64,000 bases of DNA from Candidatus Veblenbacteria bacterium (GTDB lineage: Bacteria; Patescibacteriota; Patescibacteriia; Veblenbacterales; UBA10138), in NCBI GenBank assembly GCA_037439965.1, contig JBBIVB010000001.1, forward strand, positions 31,895 through 95,894, in the 5' to 3' direction. Below the pieces are notes generated by a model. It was not told where the DNA came from, did no database searches, and was given only the letters and a program-made list of their open reading frames with translations. This document shows positions 28,029-38,522 of this stretch, in pieces. A program made the position numbers and the translations under genes. How positions within the stretch are numbered: position 1 is the first letter of the stretch; every line of letters begins with the position of its first letter.

Positions 28029-29228
28029 ATGCACTCTGATTGGAAAATATTGCTTATAGTCTTAAGTCTCTCTTTTTTAATTGGAGGGTGGGGGATAGCC
28101 GCTACTCCAATAGAAGAACTGAACAATAAAATTCAGCAAGAAAAACAAAAACTAGAAGAAACGCAAAAGAAAATTGAGGAATATCAGCAACAGATTGCCG
28201 TCAAACAAGCTGAAGTTAATTCTCTAAAAAAACAGTTAAATGTCTTGGATGATAAAATCTCCCAAGCTGAACTTGATTTAAAAGCTAACGAGCTCAATCT
28301 TAATACTATTAGTTTAGAAATTCAAAGTATCACTTTAGAAATCAAAAATAAGGATGCTCAAATCAATGTGACTAAAGATAAAATAGCTGAAGTTTTACGT
28401 CAGTTATATTTAGCTGACCAAAAAAATTTATTAGAAATTCTCCTGCTCCATGAAAGATTAGGAGACTTTTTTGACCAGTTAAATTATTTGCAGGAATTAC
28501 AAAATACTTTGCAATCTAATGTAGATTATTTACAAAAATTAAAAGTTGAATTAGAAAATCAACAGCAGAATTTATCTAATAAAAAAATAAAATTATTGGA
28601 TATTAAAAAATCATTGGAGATTTCCCAATCTCTATTAACCGCTACTAAGGAGGAAAAAACTTATTTAATTCAACAAACCAAACAATCAGAAAATCGCTAT
28701 CAATTATTATTAGCTCAAGCTATCTCTGAACAAGAATCTGCTAATCTTGATATTCAACGAATGGAATCAGAATTAAGACAAAAAATAGCTAATGAAAAAG
28801 AATATACTCAATTATCCGATGCTAATTTTATTTGGCCCATTAATCCAGCTTTGGGTATCACCGCTTATTTTCATGATCCAGATTATCCTTTTAGAAAATA
28901 CTTTGAACATCCAGCTATAGATATCAGGGCTAAACAAGGTACACCAATTAAAGCTGCTGCTTCGGGTTACGTAGGAAGAGCTAAAGATGCAGGCTATGGT
29001 TATAGTTATATTATGTTAATTCATGGCAATAATTTTTCTACTGTTTACGGTCATGTTTCAAAAATAAATGTTTCCGAAGGAGATTTTGTAACCAAAGGAC
29101 AAATTATTGGTTTAAGTGGTGGGTTACCCGGCACTCCTGGCGCGGGCAGATTAACCACTGGAGCTCATTTACACTTTGAATTACGTTATAATGGTTTGCC
29201 TATTGACCCTTTGGAATATCTACCATAA
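28029..29228 (+). CDS. M23 family metallopeptidase with long N-terminal coiled coil (EnvC-like murein hydrolase/activator)
   Basis: Signal/TM, then about 230 aa of heptad-rich coiled coil, then a LytM domain with HPAIDIRAKQGTPI...GHVS...GAHLHFELRYNG. Confidence 0.75.
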   Translation: MHSDWKILLIVLSLSFLIGGWGIAATPIEELNNKIQQEKQKLEETQKKIEEYQQQIAVKQAEVNSLKKQLNVLDDKISQAELDLKANELNLNTISLEIQSITLEIKNKDAQINVTKDKIAEVLRQLYLADQKNLLEILLLHERLGDFFDQLNYLQELQNTLQSNVDYLQKLKVELENQQQNLSNKKIKLLDIKKSLEISQSLLTATKEEKTYLIQQTKQSENRYQLLLAQAISEQESANLDIQRMESELRQKIANEKEYTQLSDANFIWPINPALGITAYFHDPDYPFRKYFEHPAIDIRAKQGTPIKAAASGYVGRAKDAGYGYSYIMLIHGNNFSTVYGHVSKINVSEGDFVTKGQIIGLSGGLPGTPGAGRLTTGAHLHFELRYNGLPIDPLEYLP

Positions 29229-29778
29229 TAGGGGAGATGTAATGTAAGATAATAACGCGGATTGTTAAAACAGCGATAAAAAGTATATTAATTTATTATC
29301 AGACAAAAAATAATTTAGCATATTTTTGCTATCAAACTGTCCTAAAAATATACCTCTTTGATAAAATGGGAGAGGTTTAAAATTTGAATAATCTTTAATA
29401 TTAAGCGTCGCACAATAAATCTTATACGAAGCATAAGATATGCTATAGTAATCTAAAACTATAAAAGAGTGAAATGCTAGAATTCAGCACATTATTTTTA
29501 TCTTTAGCCTTCTTTTTCAAGAGTTCACGGCGTTTTATATCGTTTCCATAATTAAAAGTAAATACTTAAAAATTATACCTAGCTAGTATTATTATCCAAG
29601 ACCTACTATTAAGCGAAGTTAACTATTATTAGATGATTCATCTTTTGATGATTCGTTTTTGCTTTTATCATATATTGTTGTTGGTTTTATCTTAATAAAA
29701 ATTGATTCATATCGATTTGATCAAATTAATAAAATTTAGTTAATTATATTTAATTTTCAGTTAAGTGTCGTAAAATAT

Positions 29779-30630
29779 TTATTTGAGCTTAATATATGCT
29801 TTGCCAAATCTAACATCAATATAATCAATCTTGTTTCTATCATCTTTATATTTCTGCTCTATAATCTGCTTTAATAAATTAGCTTGTTCATAAACATCAG
29901 TAACGCTAGAAATATAAACCAGCCACCCCTCACTTGTTTTAATATACAAAGTAGGCCAATCTGCTTCTTTAATATCTACATATTCTATACCTCCCGGAAT
30001 TTTTAATTGCTCCCAGTCAAATAAAAATTTTTCCAAAAAATCAATTATTTGTTTAGATGTTACCTGACTGCCAACATTAACAACTTCTATACTACTCTTA
30101 AACAAAGGTAAATCTGGTTCTTGGGTTCTATCAGCAATACTATCTATCACCACTCCCCTCTTATCTAATAGATATAACCCGCTTCCTGCCTGCCAAACAG
30201 CTATTACCGGATTTTCTTTTACCTGCACTCGCAACACACCAGGCCAAGAGCGGAAGAAATTAATTTCTGAAACATACATTTTTTGGGCAATATACTCTTG
30301 GCATGCTTTATGGCTAAAAACTAGTAAATTATTTTGCGGTAGAATATAAAATTTAGGCTGGGCTATACATTCCCACACTAATTGCTCAATTCTATTATTA
30401 ATCAAGCGTGAACTAGTAGCTGAAAGAATTACATTGCGTATTTTAAATAATGGCGAATAAAGTAATAAAGCAATAATTATTAGTAGAGATAATAAAATTG
30501 CTCGCTTAAACCAAACAGTTTTTGGATTAGCTTGTGACACATTATAACTTCTAGCTAATTCAAAGGAAGTGACCGGTAAACGATAAGTTTTTTTAGCAAA
30601 CCGTTTATTAATAATTCTCCGACGTGCCAT
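29779..30630 (-). CDS. ftsQ: Cell division protein FtsQ/DivIB-like (POTRA-containing)
   Basis: Basic N-terminus, one TM helix, a POTRA-like beta-alpha region, and a position immediately downstream of ddl as in dcw clusters. Confidence 0.55.
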   Translation of the reverse strand: MARRRIINKRFAKKTYRLPVTSFELARSYNVSQANPKTVWFKRAILLSLLIIIALLLYSPLFKIRNVILSATSSRLINNRIEQLVWECIAQPKFYILPQNNLLVFSHKACQEYIAQKMYVSEINFFRSWPGVLRVQVKENPVIAVWQAGSGLYLLDKRGVVIDSIADRTQEPDLPLFKSSIEVVNVGSQVTSKQIIDFLEKFLFDWEQLKIPGGIEYVDIKEADWPTLYIKTSEGWLVYISSVTDVYEQANLLKQIIEQKYKDDRNKIDYIDVRFGKAYIKLK

Positions 30631-30633
30631 ATA

Positions 30634-31767
30634 TTATTTATACCATTTCTCTTTTGGTTGATAAGAAGTATGCAGCTTAGATTTCTCCTGAAATCTTTCT
30701 AAAGCTAATTTAATTAATACCTCTAGTAATTTAGAGTAAGGTAATCCTGAGGCTTGCCATAATTTTGGATACATACTAATAGAAGTAAAACCAGGAATGG
30801 TATTAACTTCATTAATATAAATCCGCCAAGGATTTTTTTGCACCAAAAAATCAACTCGCGCCATACCAGATAAATCAAGTGCTTTAAATGCTTGTACCGC
30901 TAATTGGCGTACGCGTAACATTATTTTTTTAGGTAAAGGCGCAGGAATTATAGTTTTAGATTTACCATCAACATATTTAGCATCATAATCATAAAATTCT
31001 CCCGACGGCATTATTTGACCAGCGATTGATGCTTTAGGTTTATCATTACCTAAAACAGCGCATTCTATCTCCATCGCTCGCTCAATACTTTTTTCTATAA
31101 TTAGCCGTCGATCATATTTAAAAGCTAATCTAATAGCAGGTTTTAATTGTTTTTTATTATAAACCTTGCTAATTCCGACCGAAGATCCTAAATTCGCCGG
31201 TTTAACAAAACAAGGAAAATTAATTATTTTCAATACTTTACTTATTATTTTTTTATTGTTTTTATCAAGTGTCGTAAAATATATAAATTTGGGAGTAGGA
31301 ATTTGACAAGCGTTAAAAATTTCTTTTTGAATAATTTTATCCATTCCTACTACCGAACCTAAAACTCCAGTACCGACATAAGGAATACTGGCTAATTCCA
31401 ATAACCCCTGCACTGTACCATCTTCACCAAAAGTTCCATGGAGTACAGAAAAAATAACATCTACTTTACTATTAATTTGGCTGAGTGATTTTAATGTCCT
31501 GGCTCCCCTCTTCCAAGGTTCAGGAACTAAAAAACCACGCAAGTTTTTGGTAATAACTTTTCCATTTTTTAAGTAATCTAAAGATTTGCTGCCAATTATC
31601 CATTCACCAGATTTGGCAACGCCTATAGGCACTACCTGATATTTTTTCCTATCTAAATTTTTTATAACCGATGCCGCCGACACTAACGAAACCTCATGTT
31701 CTACCGACCGTCCGCCAAATAAAACTCCAACTCTTAATTTTCTTTTAGACATAAAAACTTTTACCAA
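30634..31767 (-). CDS. ddl: D-alanine--D-alanine ligase
   Basis: [24 protein letters not shown]-terminus and an ATP-grasp domain, 377 aa. Confidence 0.85.
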   Translation of the reverse strand: MVKVFMSKRKLRVGVLFGGRSVEHEVSLVSAASVIKNLDRKKYQVVPIGVAKSGEWIIGSKSLDYLKNGKVITKNLRGFLVPEPWKRGARTLKSLSQINSKVDVIFSVLHGTFGEDGTVQGLLELASIPYVGTGVLGSVVGMDKIIQKEIFNACQIPTPKFIYFTTLDKNNKKIISKVLKIINFPCFVKPANLGSSVGISKVYNKKQLKPAIRLAFKYDRRLIIEKSIERAMEIECAVLGNDKPKASIAGQIMPSGEFYDYDAKYVDGKSKTIIPAPLPKKIMLRVRQLAVQAFKALDLSGMARVDFLVQKNPWRIYINEVNTIPGFTSISMYPKLWQASGLPYSKLLEVLIKLALERFQEKSKLHTSYQPKEKWYK

Positions 31768-32009
31768 TTTATTGTATCAAGCTAATTGTTTATTGACAAT
31801 CTTAATTATTTCGTATTAACCTAGCACTAATTGTATAGAGAAAATTCAAAAAAAATAAAAATCAAGTAGTTTAATAATGGAAAAATTTAAAAAATAGTTC
31901 ATTGGTTGATCATTATAATTGGTCCACTTCTCAAATTAATTAAATAAGATGATAAAATTAATATAAAAGAACCATCTTTGTAAGAGATTGTTCTTGTTTA
32001 TAAAAATTA

Positions 32010-33164
32010 TTACACTAGTACTCTCGGTAACTTCGGATTAATTCTGGTGACCACTTCATAATTAATCGTGCCAATTTTTTTGGCTATTTCATCAGCAGTA
32101 ATTTCCTCATTACCTTGTTTCCCAATCAATACCACTTCATCTCCTACTTTTACTTTCTTAACTGCTGTTACATCTATCATAGAAATATTCATACAAATTC
32201 TGCCGATAATAGGGCAACGCTGACCGTGAATTAATACCACACCTTTGTTAGATAATTTTCTATCATATCCTTCCCAATAGCCGACTGGGATGGTTGCCAT
32301 CATGGTTGCTCTTTTGGTTATAAAAGTTCTGGCGTAACCAACTGGTATGCCTTTTGGCAAATTTTGAATTTCTATAATTTTAGTTTTCCAAGTTAAAACC
32401 GGCTTAAGTACAAACCCTGGATGTACTTTTTTTACTAATTGTCGATTCTCTGCTGATGGCCATAAACCATATAAACCAATGCCTAAGCGTGCTAAATTTA
32501 AGTGTGATTTAGGAACACTAGTTATAGCAGCAGTACAAGCAATGTGTTGAATAATATTAGATGGAATATCAGTTTGATTAGTTTTAATAAATCTTTTAAA
32601 ATTAACCAGCTGTTTTTTTAAAAAAGTTTTATCCTGATCTTCGGCAGTAGCAAAATGCGAGACAATACCTTCTAGCTTTAAACATGACGATTTAACTATC
32701 TGCTGCAACAAATCTTTAGCTTGTTTAGGAAAAAGCCCTAATCTGGCCATACCAGTTTCCAGCTTGAGATGTACTAAAGCTGGGCTTCCTGCTATTCTAG
32801 AAGCCTTTTCTAAGGCCTTAATTTGCCCTATTTCATAGACCATAAACGATATATGGCTCTTGATAGCTTTAGCTAAAATAGACGCATTATAGGGCAAATA
32901 ATGGCTTAATATTAAAATTGGTAATTTTTTGGCTAATCTTCGCAATTTTAATGCCTCTTCTAAATAAGCCACTCCCAACCAATCAATTTTGCTAGATTCT
33001 TCACATATTTTGGCCACTAATTCCATACCATGACCATAGGCGTTGGATTTAATAACAGCCATTAATTTTGTTTTTTTAGATAACAAACGACAGTGAGTGT
33101 TAATATTATATAGCAACGCTCTTTTGGAAATTTCCAACCAAGAATAAATGGCAAATGTCTGCAT
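32010..33164 (-). CDS. alr: Alanine racemase
   Basis: PLP-binding AVIKSNAYGHGMELVA motif, 384 aa. Confidence 0.85.
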   Translation of the reverse strand: MQTFAIYSWLEISKRALLYNINTHCRLLSKKTKLMAVIKSNAYGHGMELVAKICEESSKIDWLGVAYLEEALKLRRLAKKLPILILSHYLPYNASILAKAIKSHISFMVYEIGQIKALEKASRIAGSPALVHLKLETGMARLGLFPKQAKDLLQQIVKSSCLKLEGIVSHFATAEDQDKTFLKKQLVNFKRFIKTNQTDIPSNIIQHIACTAAITSVPKSHLNLARLGIGLYGLWPSAENRQLVKKVHPGFVLKPVLTWKTKIIEIQNLPKGIPVGYARTFITKRATMMATIPVGYWEGYDRKLSNKGVVLIHGQRCPIIGRICMNISMIDVTAVKKVKVGDEVVLIGKQGNEEITADEIAKKIGTINYEVVTRINPKLPRVLV

Positions 33165-33167
33165 GTT

Positions 33168-34403
33168 TTAAGCCTTTCCAATTATTACCTTCTTACCATT
33201 CATATAAGGCTGCAGCACTTCGGGAATTTTAATTGTACCATCAGCTTGCTGATAATTTTCTAAAATTGCCAGTATAGTACGACCCATAGCAAACGCCGTT
33301 CCATTTAACATATGCACCAATTCATTTTTACCACTAATAGTTCTATATTTTATATTCAAACGACGGGACTGAAAATCAGTGGTGGTAGAACAAGAATGAG
33401 TCTCACGATATTTACCCTCACTCGGTATCCAGGTTTCAATATCATATTTTCTAGCTGCTGGATCGCCCAAATCTGCTGTACACATTTTAATTACTTGATA
33501 AGGTAATTTTAATCCTTGCATTAATTTTTCCTCTAAACTTAATATCAACTCGTGTTCTTCATCGGACCTATCTGATGTGCTATATATAACCATTTCTAAT
33601 TTATCAAATTGATGTACTCGTAAAATACCTTTGGTATCTTTACCATAAGAACCAGCTTCACGCCTAAAACAAGTAGAAAAAGCTACATAACGAAGGGGTA
33701 AATCTTCTTCACGGAACACTTCGTTCATATGCATCGGACCCACTGATTGTTCAGCAGTGCCAACAAAATACTGCTTATCTTTTTCTAAATAGTAAGTTTC
33801 ATCCTCGCCACCATGCTCTAAATATCCCATAGCACGCATCGATTTTTCATTAATAATAACTGGGGGTAATACTGGTATAAAACCGTTTTTTACTAAAAAA
33901 TCAAAACCATATTTTAACAATGCAAGCTGTAATAATACAGCATCATTTTTTAAATAACCAAAACGCGAACCAGAAACTTTAGCCGCTCGCTCAATATCAA
34001 TTAAATCATGAAGTTTAGCAAGTTCCATATAACTCCTGGGTTTAAAATCAAACTTTGGTAGTTTGCCAACTTGTCTTAAAACTTCATTGTCTGATTCATC
34101 TTTACCAATTTTAACATCAGGCTTTGGCATGTTAGGAATTTCTAAAACCAAAGTTTCCAGTTTTTCAGCTACTGACTTTAATTCATTTTCTTTAGACTTT
34201 AATTCTTCTTTTTGTTTCCGAGCCATTTCCCTATCCTCGCTCTTTTGGTGCCGACCTTGGCGTAAAGAATCCACTTCGGTTTGCAAAGCCCGACGTTTCT
34301 CATCTAATTCTAAAATAGCTTTAATGTCAACTTTACGGCCCTTGTCCCTAGCGCCTTTTTCTACTTCTTTAGGATTTTCACGAATTAATTTTATGTCGAT
34401 CAT
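33168..34403 (-). CDS. serS: Seryl-tRNA synthetase
   Basis: N-terminal coiled-coil arm (MIDIKLIRENPKEV...), class II motifs, 411 aa. Confidence 0.9.
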   Translation of the reverse strand: MIDIKLIRENPKEVEKGARDKGRKVDIKAILELDEKRRALQTEVDSLRQGRHQKSEDREMARKQKEELKSKENELKSVAEKLETLVLEIPNMPKPDVKIGKDESDNEVLRQVGKLPKFDFKPRSYMELAKLHDLIDIERAAKVSGSRFGYLKNDAVLLQLALLKYGFDFLVKNGFIPVLPPVIINEKSMRAMGYLEHGGEDETYYLEKDKQYFVGTAEQSVGPMHMNEVFREEDLPLRYVAFSTCFRREAGSYGKDTKGILRVHQFDKLEMVIYSTSDRSDEEHELILSLEEKLMQGLKLPYQVIKMCTADLGDPAARKYDIETWIPSEGKYRETHSCSTTTDFQSRRLNIKYRTISGKNELVHMLNGTAFAMGRTILAILENYQQADGTIKIPEVLQPYMNGKKVIIGKA

Positions 34404-34406
34404 AAA

Positions 34407-34826
34407 TTAACGATGCTGAAAAAACTTAATTATATTGATAATTTCTTTAATTAATAACAAAATTGCCAAAATTAAAAATATAAATAGTCCCCATGATTCT
34501 CCAGTATGTGCAAATCTCTTAAAAAGAAAATAAGAATATTCATCAAAAATAATTACTGTCAATATATAAACGATACTTCCATAAAAAAATATGTGATCAA
34601 TTAAGTATATCTGTTTATTTGAATTATTATCCAACAATTTATACAGCCCAAAAAGTTTAAATGACAAAATTGATATCAGACCAACAAATAGGGGGGCTAA
34701 AAGAAGAGGATAAAGAATTGCATCCAAACCTACTTCATTTTTAGATTCAATAAAAATTCTAATAAAGACTACGACTAATAAACAATAAAGTATGCTATAA
34801 ATAACAAGTTTAAATCTGCGCCACAT
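34407..34826 (-). CDS. Hypothetical integral membrane protein
   Basis: 139 aa, four hydrophobic helices, no family recognised. Confidence 0.35.
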   Translation of the reverse strand: MWRRFKLVIYSILYCLLVVVFIRIFIESKNEVGLDAILYPLLLAPLFVGLISILSFKLFGLYKLLDNNSNKQIYLIDHIFFYGSIVYILTVIIFDEYSYFLFKRFAHTGESWGLFIFLILAILLLIKEIINIIKFFQHR

Positions 34827-35442
34827 ATTTCTCTAATTTCTTAAGATAAGGTTCAAGTTTTATTATAGCGTTTTTACGGTGATTTAGGTAGTCATCATAA
34901 TTTTTTGTGTCTTTTTGTACTTCCGCTGCTACCTTGCCTAATTTAGGTAAATAAAAAATAGAGCGAAAAGGAAATCTGGGGATTAAAATATCGCTAGGTT
35001 TTAGAGTTATAAAACCATCAACAGAAAATTTGGCGATATGTAACTCGTCAGGCGAAATCATCAAGGCCACTGCCGCGGTCATATGAGCGGTTCTCTTTTC
35101 TTCCGGCACGCCTTCCAACCGCCTTAAAGCCTCGTTAATCAACTCCTGATCAGTCGCTTCTGGTTTATCTGGACCAAAGATGCGCCTAGAATAAACTCCC
35201 GGCCAACCATTTAAAACATCAATTTCTAAACCTCCATCATCAGCCAAAACTGGAAGACTAATAAGTTTAGCATAATGACGCACTTTTAATTCAGCATTTT
35301 CTTCAAAAGTTTTACCAGTTTCTTCTATGGATGGTAAATTTAAATCGGCTAAAGATAATAATTCTAAATTATATCGCGCTAAAATTCTTTTAAAATCATT
35401 GAACTTCGCTTGGTTTCTAGTGGCAATTAGCAATTTATTCAT
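34810..35442 (-). CDS. rdgB: Non-canonical purine NTP pyrophosphatase (RdgB/Ham1 family)
   Basis: LLIATRNQAKFNDFKRIL N-terminus and Ham1 fold motifs, 210 aa. Confidence 0.8.
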   Translation of the reverse strand: MNKLLIATRNQAKFNDFKRILARYNLELLSLADLNLPSIEETGKTFEENAELKVRHYAKLISLPVLADDGGLEIDVLNGWPGVYSRRIFGPDKPEATDQELINEALRRLEGVPEEKRTAHMTAAVALMISPDELHIAKFSVDGFITLKPSDILIPRFPFRSIFYLPKLGKVAAEVQKDTKNYDDYLNHRKNAIIKLEPYLKKLEKYVAQI

Positions 35443-35500
35443 ATAATATTAACTATTCCACCCTTCGTACGAATTAGGCCAAGATCTATATGTATATATT

Positions 35501-36055
35501 CTATAGTCCTAAGCTAAGGGCAATTTCCTGCATCGCTTTAAGTTCTATCTCTATTAATTGATCAAGAGTTAATCCAATCATTTCTTCGCATTTGGAAATA
35601 ATTTCCCTATTTACTCCGGCGGCAAAAGATTTATCTTTAAATTTCTTTTTAACTGACGATGTTTTAACACTGGCTAATTTTTTATCCGGCTGTACAAAAG
35701 CACAAGCCACTATCAAGCCAGTTAATTCTTCCGCGCACCACAGGGCTTTTTCTAAAAGGGTTTTTGGCTCTATTCCGTGCATATGATTATGCACCCTCAC
35801 CGCCTCTACAATTTCAGGTTGAAAACCAGCTTGTTTTAGCCATTCCGCGCCAATTAATGAATGTTGCTCTGGTGTGGATTCTGTTTGTTCCCAATCAATA
35901 TCATGCACCAAGCCGGTTATTCCCCACACTTCTTCATCTTCACCAAAATGCCGCGCCAGTGCAGCCATAATCGCTTCTGACGCCAAAAGATGCTTCAAAG
36001 TAAAATCTTTGTGTACTTTTTCTTGAACTAATTTCCAAGCTTCCTCGCGGGTCAT
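35501..36055 (-). CDS. HD-domain phosphohydrolase
   Basis: H...HD motif (GLVHDID) plus downstream His/Asp ligands, 184 aa. Confidence 0.65.
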   Translation of the reverse strand: MTREEAWKLVQEKVHKDFTLKHLLASEAIMAALARHFGEDEEVWGITGLVHDIDWEQTESTPEQHSLIGAEWLKQAGFQPEIVEAVRVHNHMHGIEPKTLLEKALWCAEELTGLIVACAFVQPDKKLASVKTSSVKKKFKDKSFAAGVNREIISKCEEMIGLTLDQLIEIELKAMQEIALSLGL

Positions 36056-36441
36056 ACTATATTTTTCTTTGGCTGGACGCGTTTAGTTATCAAAATAATC
36101 AAATACGCAATAAGGGCAGCTAATAATAAATCAATCGATGCTGATTGGAAATCATATTTAGTTGTATTTTCACTACTTAATCTAGATTTTGTTAAATAAG
36201 TAAGTGGAAACCTATAAGTATAATTTTCTTGAAAAAATGGTTCTATTGATTGGTAAGATAATAAATTTGAAGAATCTATACTTGGCTCTACATAATAAAA
36301 ACGTATACCTATAAATTCCACTTCATAACCAGGCGACGAACAATACTGAGTATTAAAACAACCCTCTCCAGTTCTAATACCACCAAAAATAATTAATAAA
36401 ACAACAAAACTAATAATATATACGACTAAATTCTTTTTCAT
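36052..36441 (-). CDS. Hypothetical protein with N-terminal signal/TM and C-terminal TM
   Basis: 129 aa ORF, no family recognised. Lies between two diverged copies of the HD gene 5' segment. Confidence 0.3.
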   Translation of the reverse strand: MKKNLVVYIISFVVLLIIFGGIRTGEGCFNTQYCSSPGYEVEFIGIRFYYVEPSIDSSNLLSYQSIEPFFQENYTYRFPLTYLTKSRLSSENTTKYDFQSASIDLLLAALIAYLIILITKRVQPKKNIV

Positions 36442-36467
36442 ATAATAAAATTAATTTTTAAAATTTT

Positions 36468-36550
36468 TCAAAGTAAAATCTCTATGTACTTTTTCCTGAA
36501 CCAATTGTCAAACCTGATCGCGAGTCATGGTGTATTTTCTTCGAATTGTG
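36468..36550 (-). repeat. Diverged (~80% identity) duplicate of the 5' end plus upstream of the HD-domain gene; second copy at 35994-36075
   Basis: 35994-36075 (...caaagtaaaatctttgtgtactttttcttgaact...cgcgggtcat) aligns with 36468-36550 (...caaagtaaaatctctatgtactttttcctgaacc...cgcgagtcat). The copy encodes MTRDQV-stop QLVQEKVHRDFTL versus the authentic MTREEAWKLVQEKVHKDFTL. Confidence 0.55.
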
Positions 36551-36916
36551 TCTGAATATAATCCATGAAATAAATAATGAAAGTAATGCTACTACTATTA
36601 GATTGCCCAGCGTTCCTAAAACAGAAAAAGGTTGCCCTAATTCATACTGACCACCTGTTACACTAGGCGCAATAATGATGGTGTGCGTGATATAACCAAA
36701 AGGTATTCCGTAAATATAGTGATCTTCACTACCACCAGCTCCCAAACAGGCCAAACTATTTTCTGGGTAGCTGTGCGTTGGAACAGATGATTTAATATCT
36801 TTAAACAAAGGAAATCCTACAAACGAAAGTTGATAATTAATATATTGAAAACCTTCTTTAATACAATCCGTATCAATACTAGTTTTTCTATATTGCCAGA
36901 ATGAAACTGATAACAA
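36482..36916 (-). CDS. Hypothetical secreted/membrane protein
   Basis: 144 aa ORF. A likely ATG start (ATGAGTATAAAAAAG) sits out of frame across a poly-A run, suggesting a frameshift or a non-ATG start. The C-terminus reads through the duplicated HD fragment. Confidence 0.3.
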   Translation of the reverse strand: MLSVSFWQYRKTSIDTDCIKEGFQYINYQLSFVGFPLFKDIKSSVPTHSYPENSLACLGAGGSEDHYIYGIPFGYITHTIIIAPSVTGGQYELGQPFSVLGTLGNLIVVALLSLFISWIIFRHNSKKIHHDSRSGLTIGSGKST

Positions 36917-36965
36917 AAATAAAATTATTGTCGAATATACAAAAACTTTTTTATACTCATAAAGA

Positions 36966-38450
36966 CTAAGATTTAATCTTCATTGGTGGGAAGAGGACAG
37001 TTTCCCTTACTGGTTTATCCATAATAAAAGCAAATAATCTTTCACTAAAACCAAAACCAGCGGCCGGTGGCATACCATATTCTAGCGCCGTGATAAAGTC
37101 TTCATCCAACATTTGTGCTTCACTATCCCCTGCTTCTCGCAATTTAGCCTGCTCTTCAAAACGCGCCCTCTGATCAGCCGGATCATTAAGCTCTGAAAAA
37201 CCATTGCCTAACTCAGAGCCTGCCACAATAATCTGCATTCTTTGCACACGTTCAGGATTTTTTGAATCACGTTTAGCCAAAGGCGAAACCTCTACTGGAT
37301 GATTTATTAAAAACAACGGTCCCTGCACTTTTGGCCTAACTAATTTTTTCCAATATAAATCAATTAAACGCCCTAAACCAAAACCAGGCTCATAACGCAC
37401 ATTGTGCTTATCTAAGAGCTTTTTAAGCTCAGTAAGTTTAATAGTTGATAATTCCACCTTTGTAATCTCCTTTATAAGTTCAAAATAATCTTTTTTAGGC
37501 CACTTACCACTCCAATCAATGGTTTTACCTTGGTAGATAGTTTTAAGTCCACCAGTAATTTTTTTGACAATCTCCTGATACATCTTTTGGCAAAAATCCA
37601 TTAGCATATTATAATCAGTATAAGCCCAATAAAATTCACACATATCATAATCCTGTAAGTGTTCAGTATCTATTCCTTCATTACGGAAAACCTTGCCGAT
37701 TTCAAAAATCTTTTCAAAACCGCCAACTAATAATTTTTTTAACGGCAACTCTAAAGAAATGCGTAAATAAAAATCCTGATTTAATTTATCATGATGAGTC
37801 CGAAATGGATTAGCGTCAGCGCCACCAGCTACAGCCTCTAAAGCAGGAGTATCTACTTCCATAAACCCTGCTTTGGTTAAAAATTCTCGTACGCTTTGCC
37901 AAAATAAAGATTTTTTTACAAATAATTCGCGTACCTCGGGATTCATTATTAAATCCAAATAACGTTGACGTAATCTAGTTTCCACATCTTTAAGCCCGTG
38001 ATATTTTTCTGGTAAAGGATGTAAGGCTTTAGCTAATAACTCAATTTGCGAACATAATAAGGTAAGCTCACCTCTTTTGGTTTTAACTAAAATACCAGTT
38101 ACGCCAATAATATCGCCTATATCCAAAAGGTTAGCTAATTGCCAAACTTTATTTTCACAGCTATTCTCGGTAAAAGCAATTTGCATTTTACCAGATTGAT
38201 CTTGAATATGCGCAAAAATTAATTTGCCATGTGCACGCAAAGTCATTAAACGGCCAGCAGTTGATAATTCCTTGCCAGAAATTTTTATATCATCAGTTAA
38301 CTCTGGTAACTTTCCGCCAGAAGCTTTGGCTAATAAATCGGTAATATTAAATTCTTTATTAAAATCAGCTGGATAGCTAGGGCCTAATTTTTTAGCCTGG
38401 GCAAATTTATCCTGCCTACTTTTAATTTCTTCCTGTTCTCTTAAACCCAT
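36966..38450 (-). CDS. lysS: Lysyl-tRNA synthetase (class II)
   Basis: N-terminal OB-fold anticodon-binding domain and class II motifs (FRNEG..., GLGIDR-type), 494 aa. Confidence 0.9.
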   Translation of the reverse strand: MGLREQEEIKSRQDKFAQAKKLGPSYPADFNKEFNITDLLAKASGGKLPELTDDIKISGKELSTAGRLMTLRAHGKLIFAHIQDQSGKMQIAFTENSCENKVWQLANLLDIGDIIGVTGILVKTKRGELTLLCSQIELLAKALHPLPEKYHGLKDVETRLRQRYLDLIMNPEVRELFVKKSLFWQSVREFLTKAGFMEVDTPALEAVAGGADANPFRTHHDKLNQDFYLRISLELPLKKLLVGGFEKIFEIGKVFRNEGIDTEHLQDYDMCEFYWAYTDYNMLMDFCQKMYQEIVKKITGGLKTIYQGKTIDWSGKWPKKDYFELIKEITKVELSTIKLTELKKLLDKHNVRYEPGFGLGRLIDLYWKKLVRPKVQGPLFLINHPVEVSPLAKRDSKNPERVQRMQIIVAGSELGNGFSELNDPADQRARFEEQAKLREAGDSEAQMLDEDFITALEYGMPPAAGFGFSERLFAFIMDKPVRETVLFPPMKIKS

Positions 38451-38490
38451 AATACCTTTATTTTATGAAATTATGAGTAAAAAGACAACT

Positions 38491-38520
38491 AAAAACCCAA
38501 GGTGCTGTCCGTGGGTTTTA
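38491..38520 (-). terminator. Bidirectional intrinsic terminator after greA
   Basis: AAAAACCCAAGG-tgctgt-CCGTGGGTTTT hairpin flanked by A- and T-runs. Confidence 0.5.
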
Positions 38521-38522
38521 AA

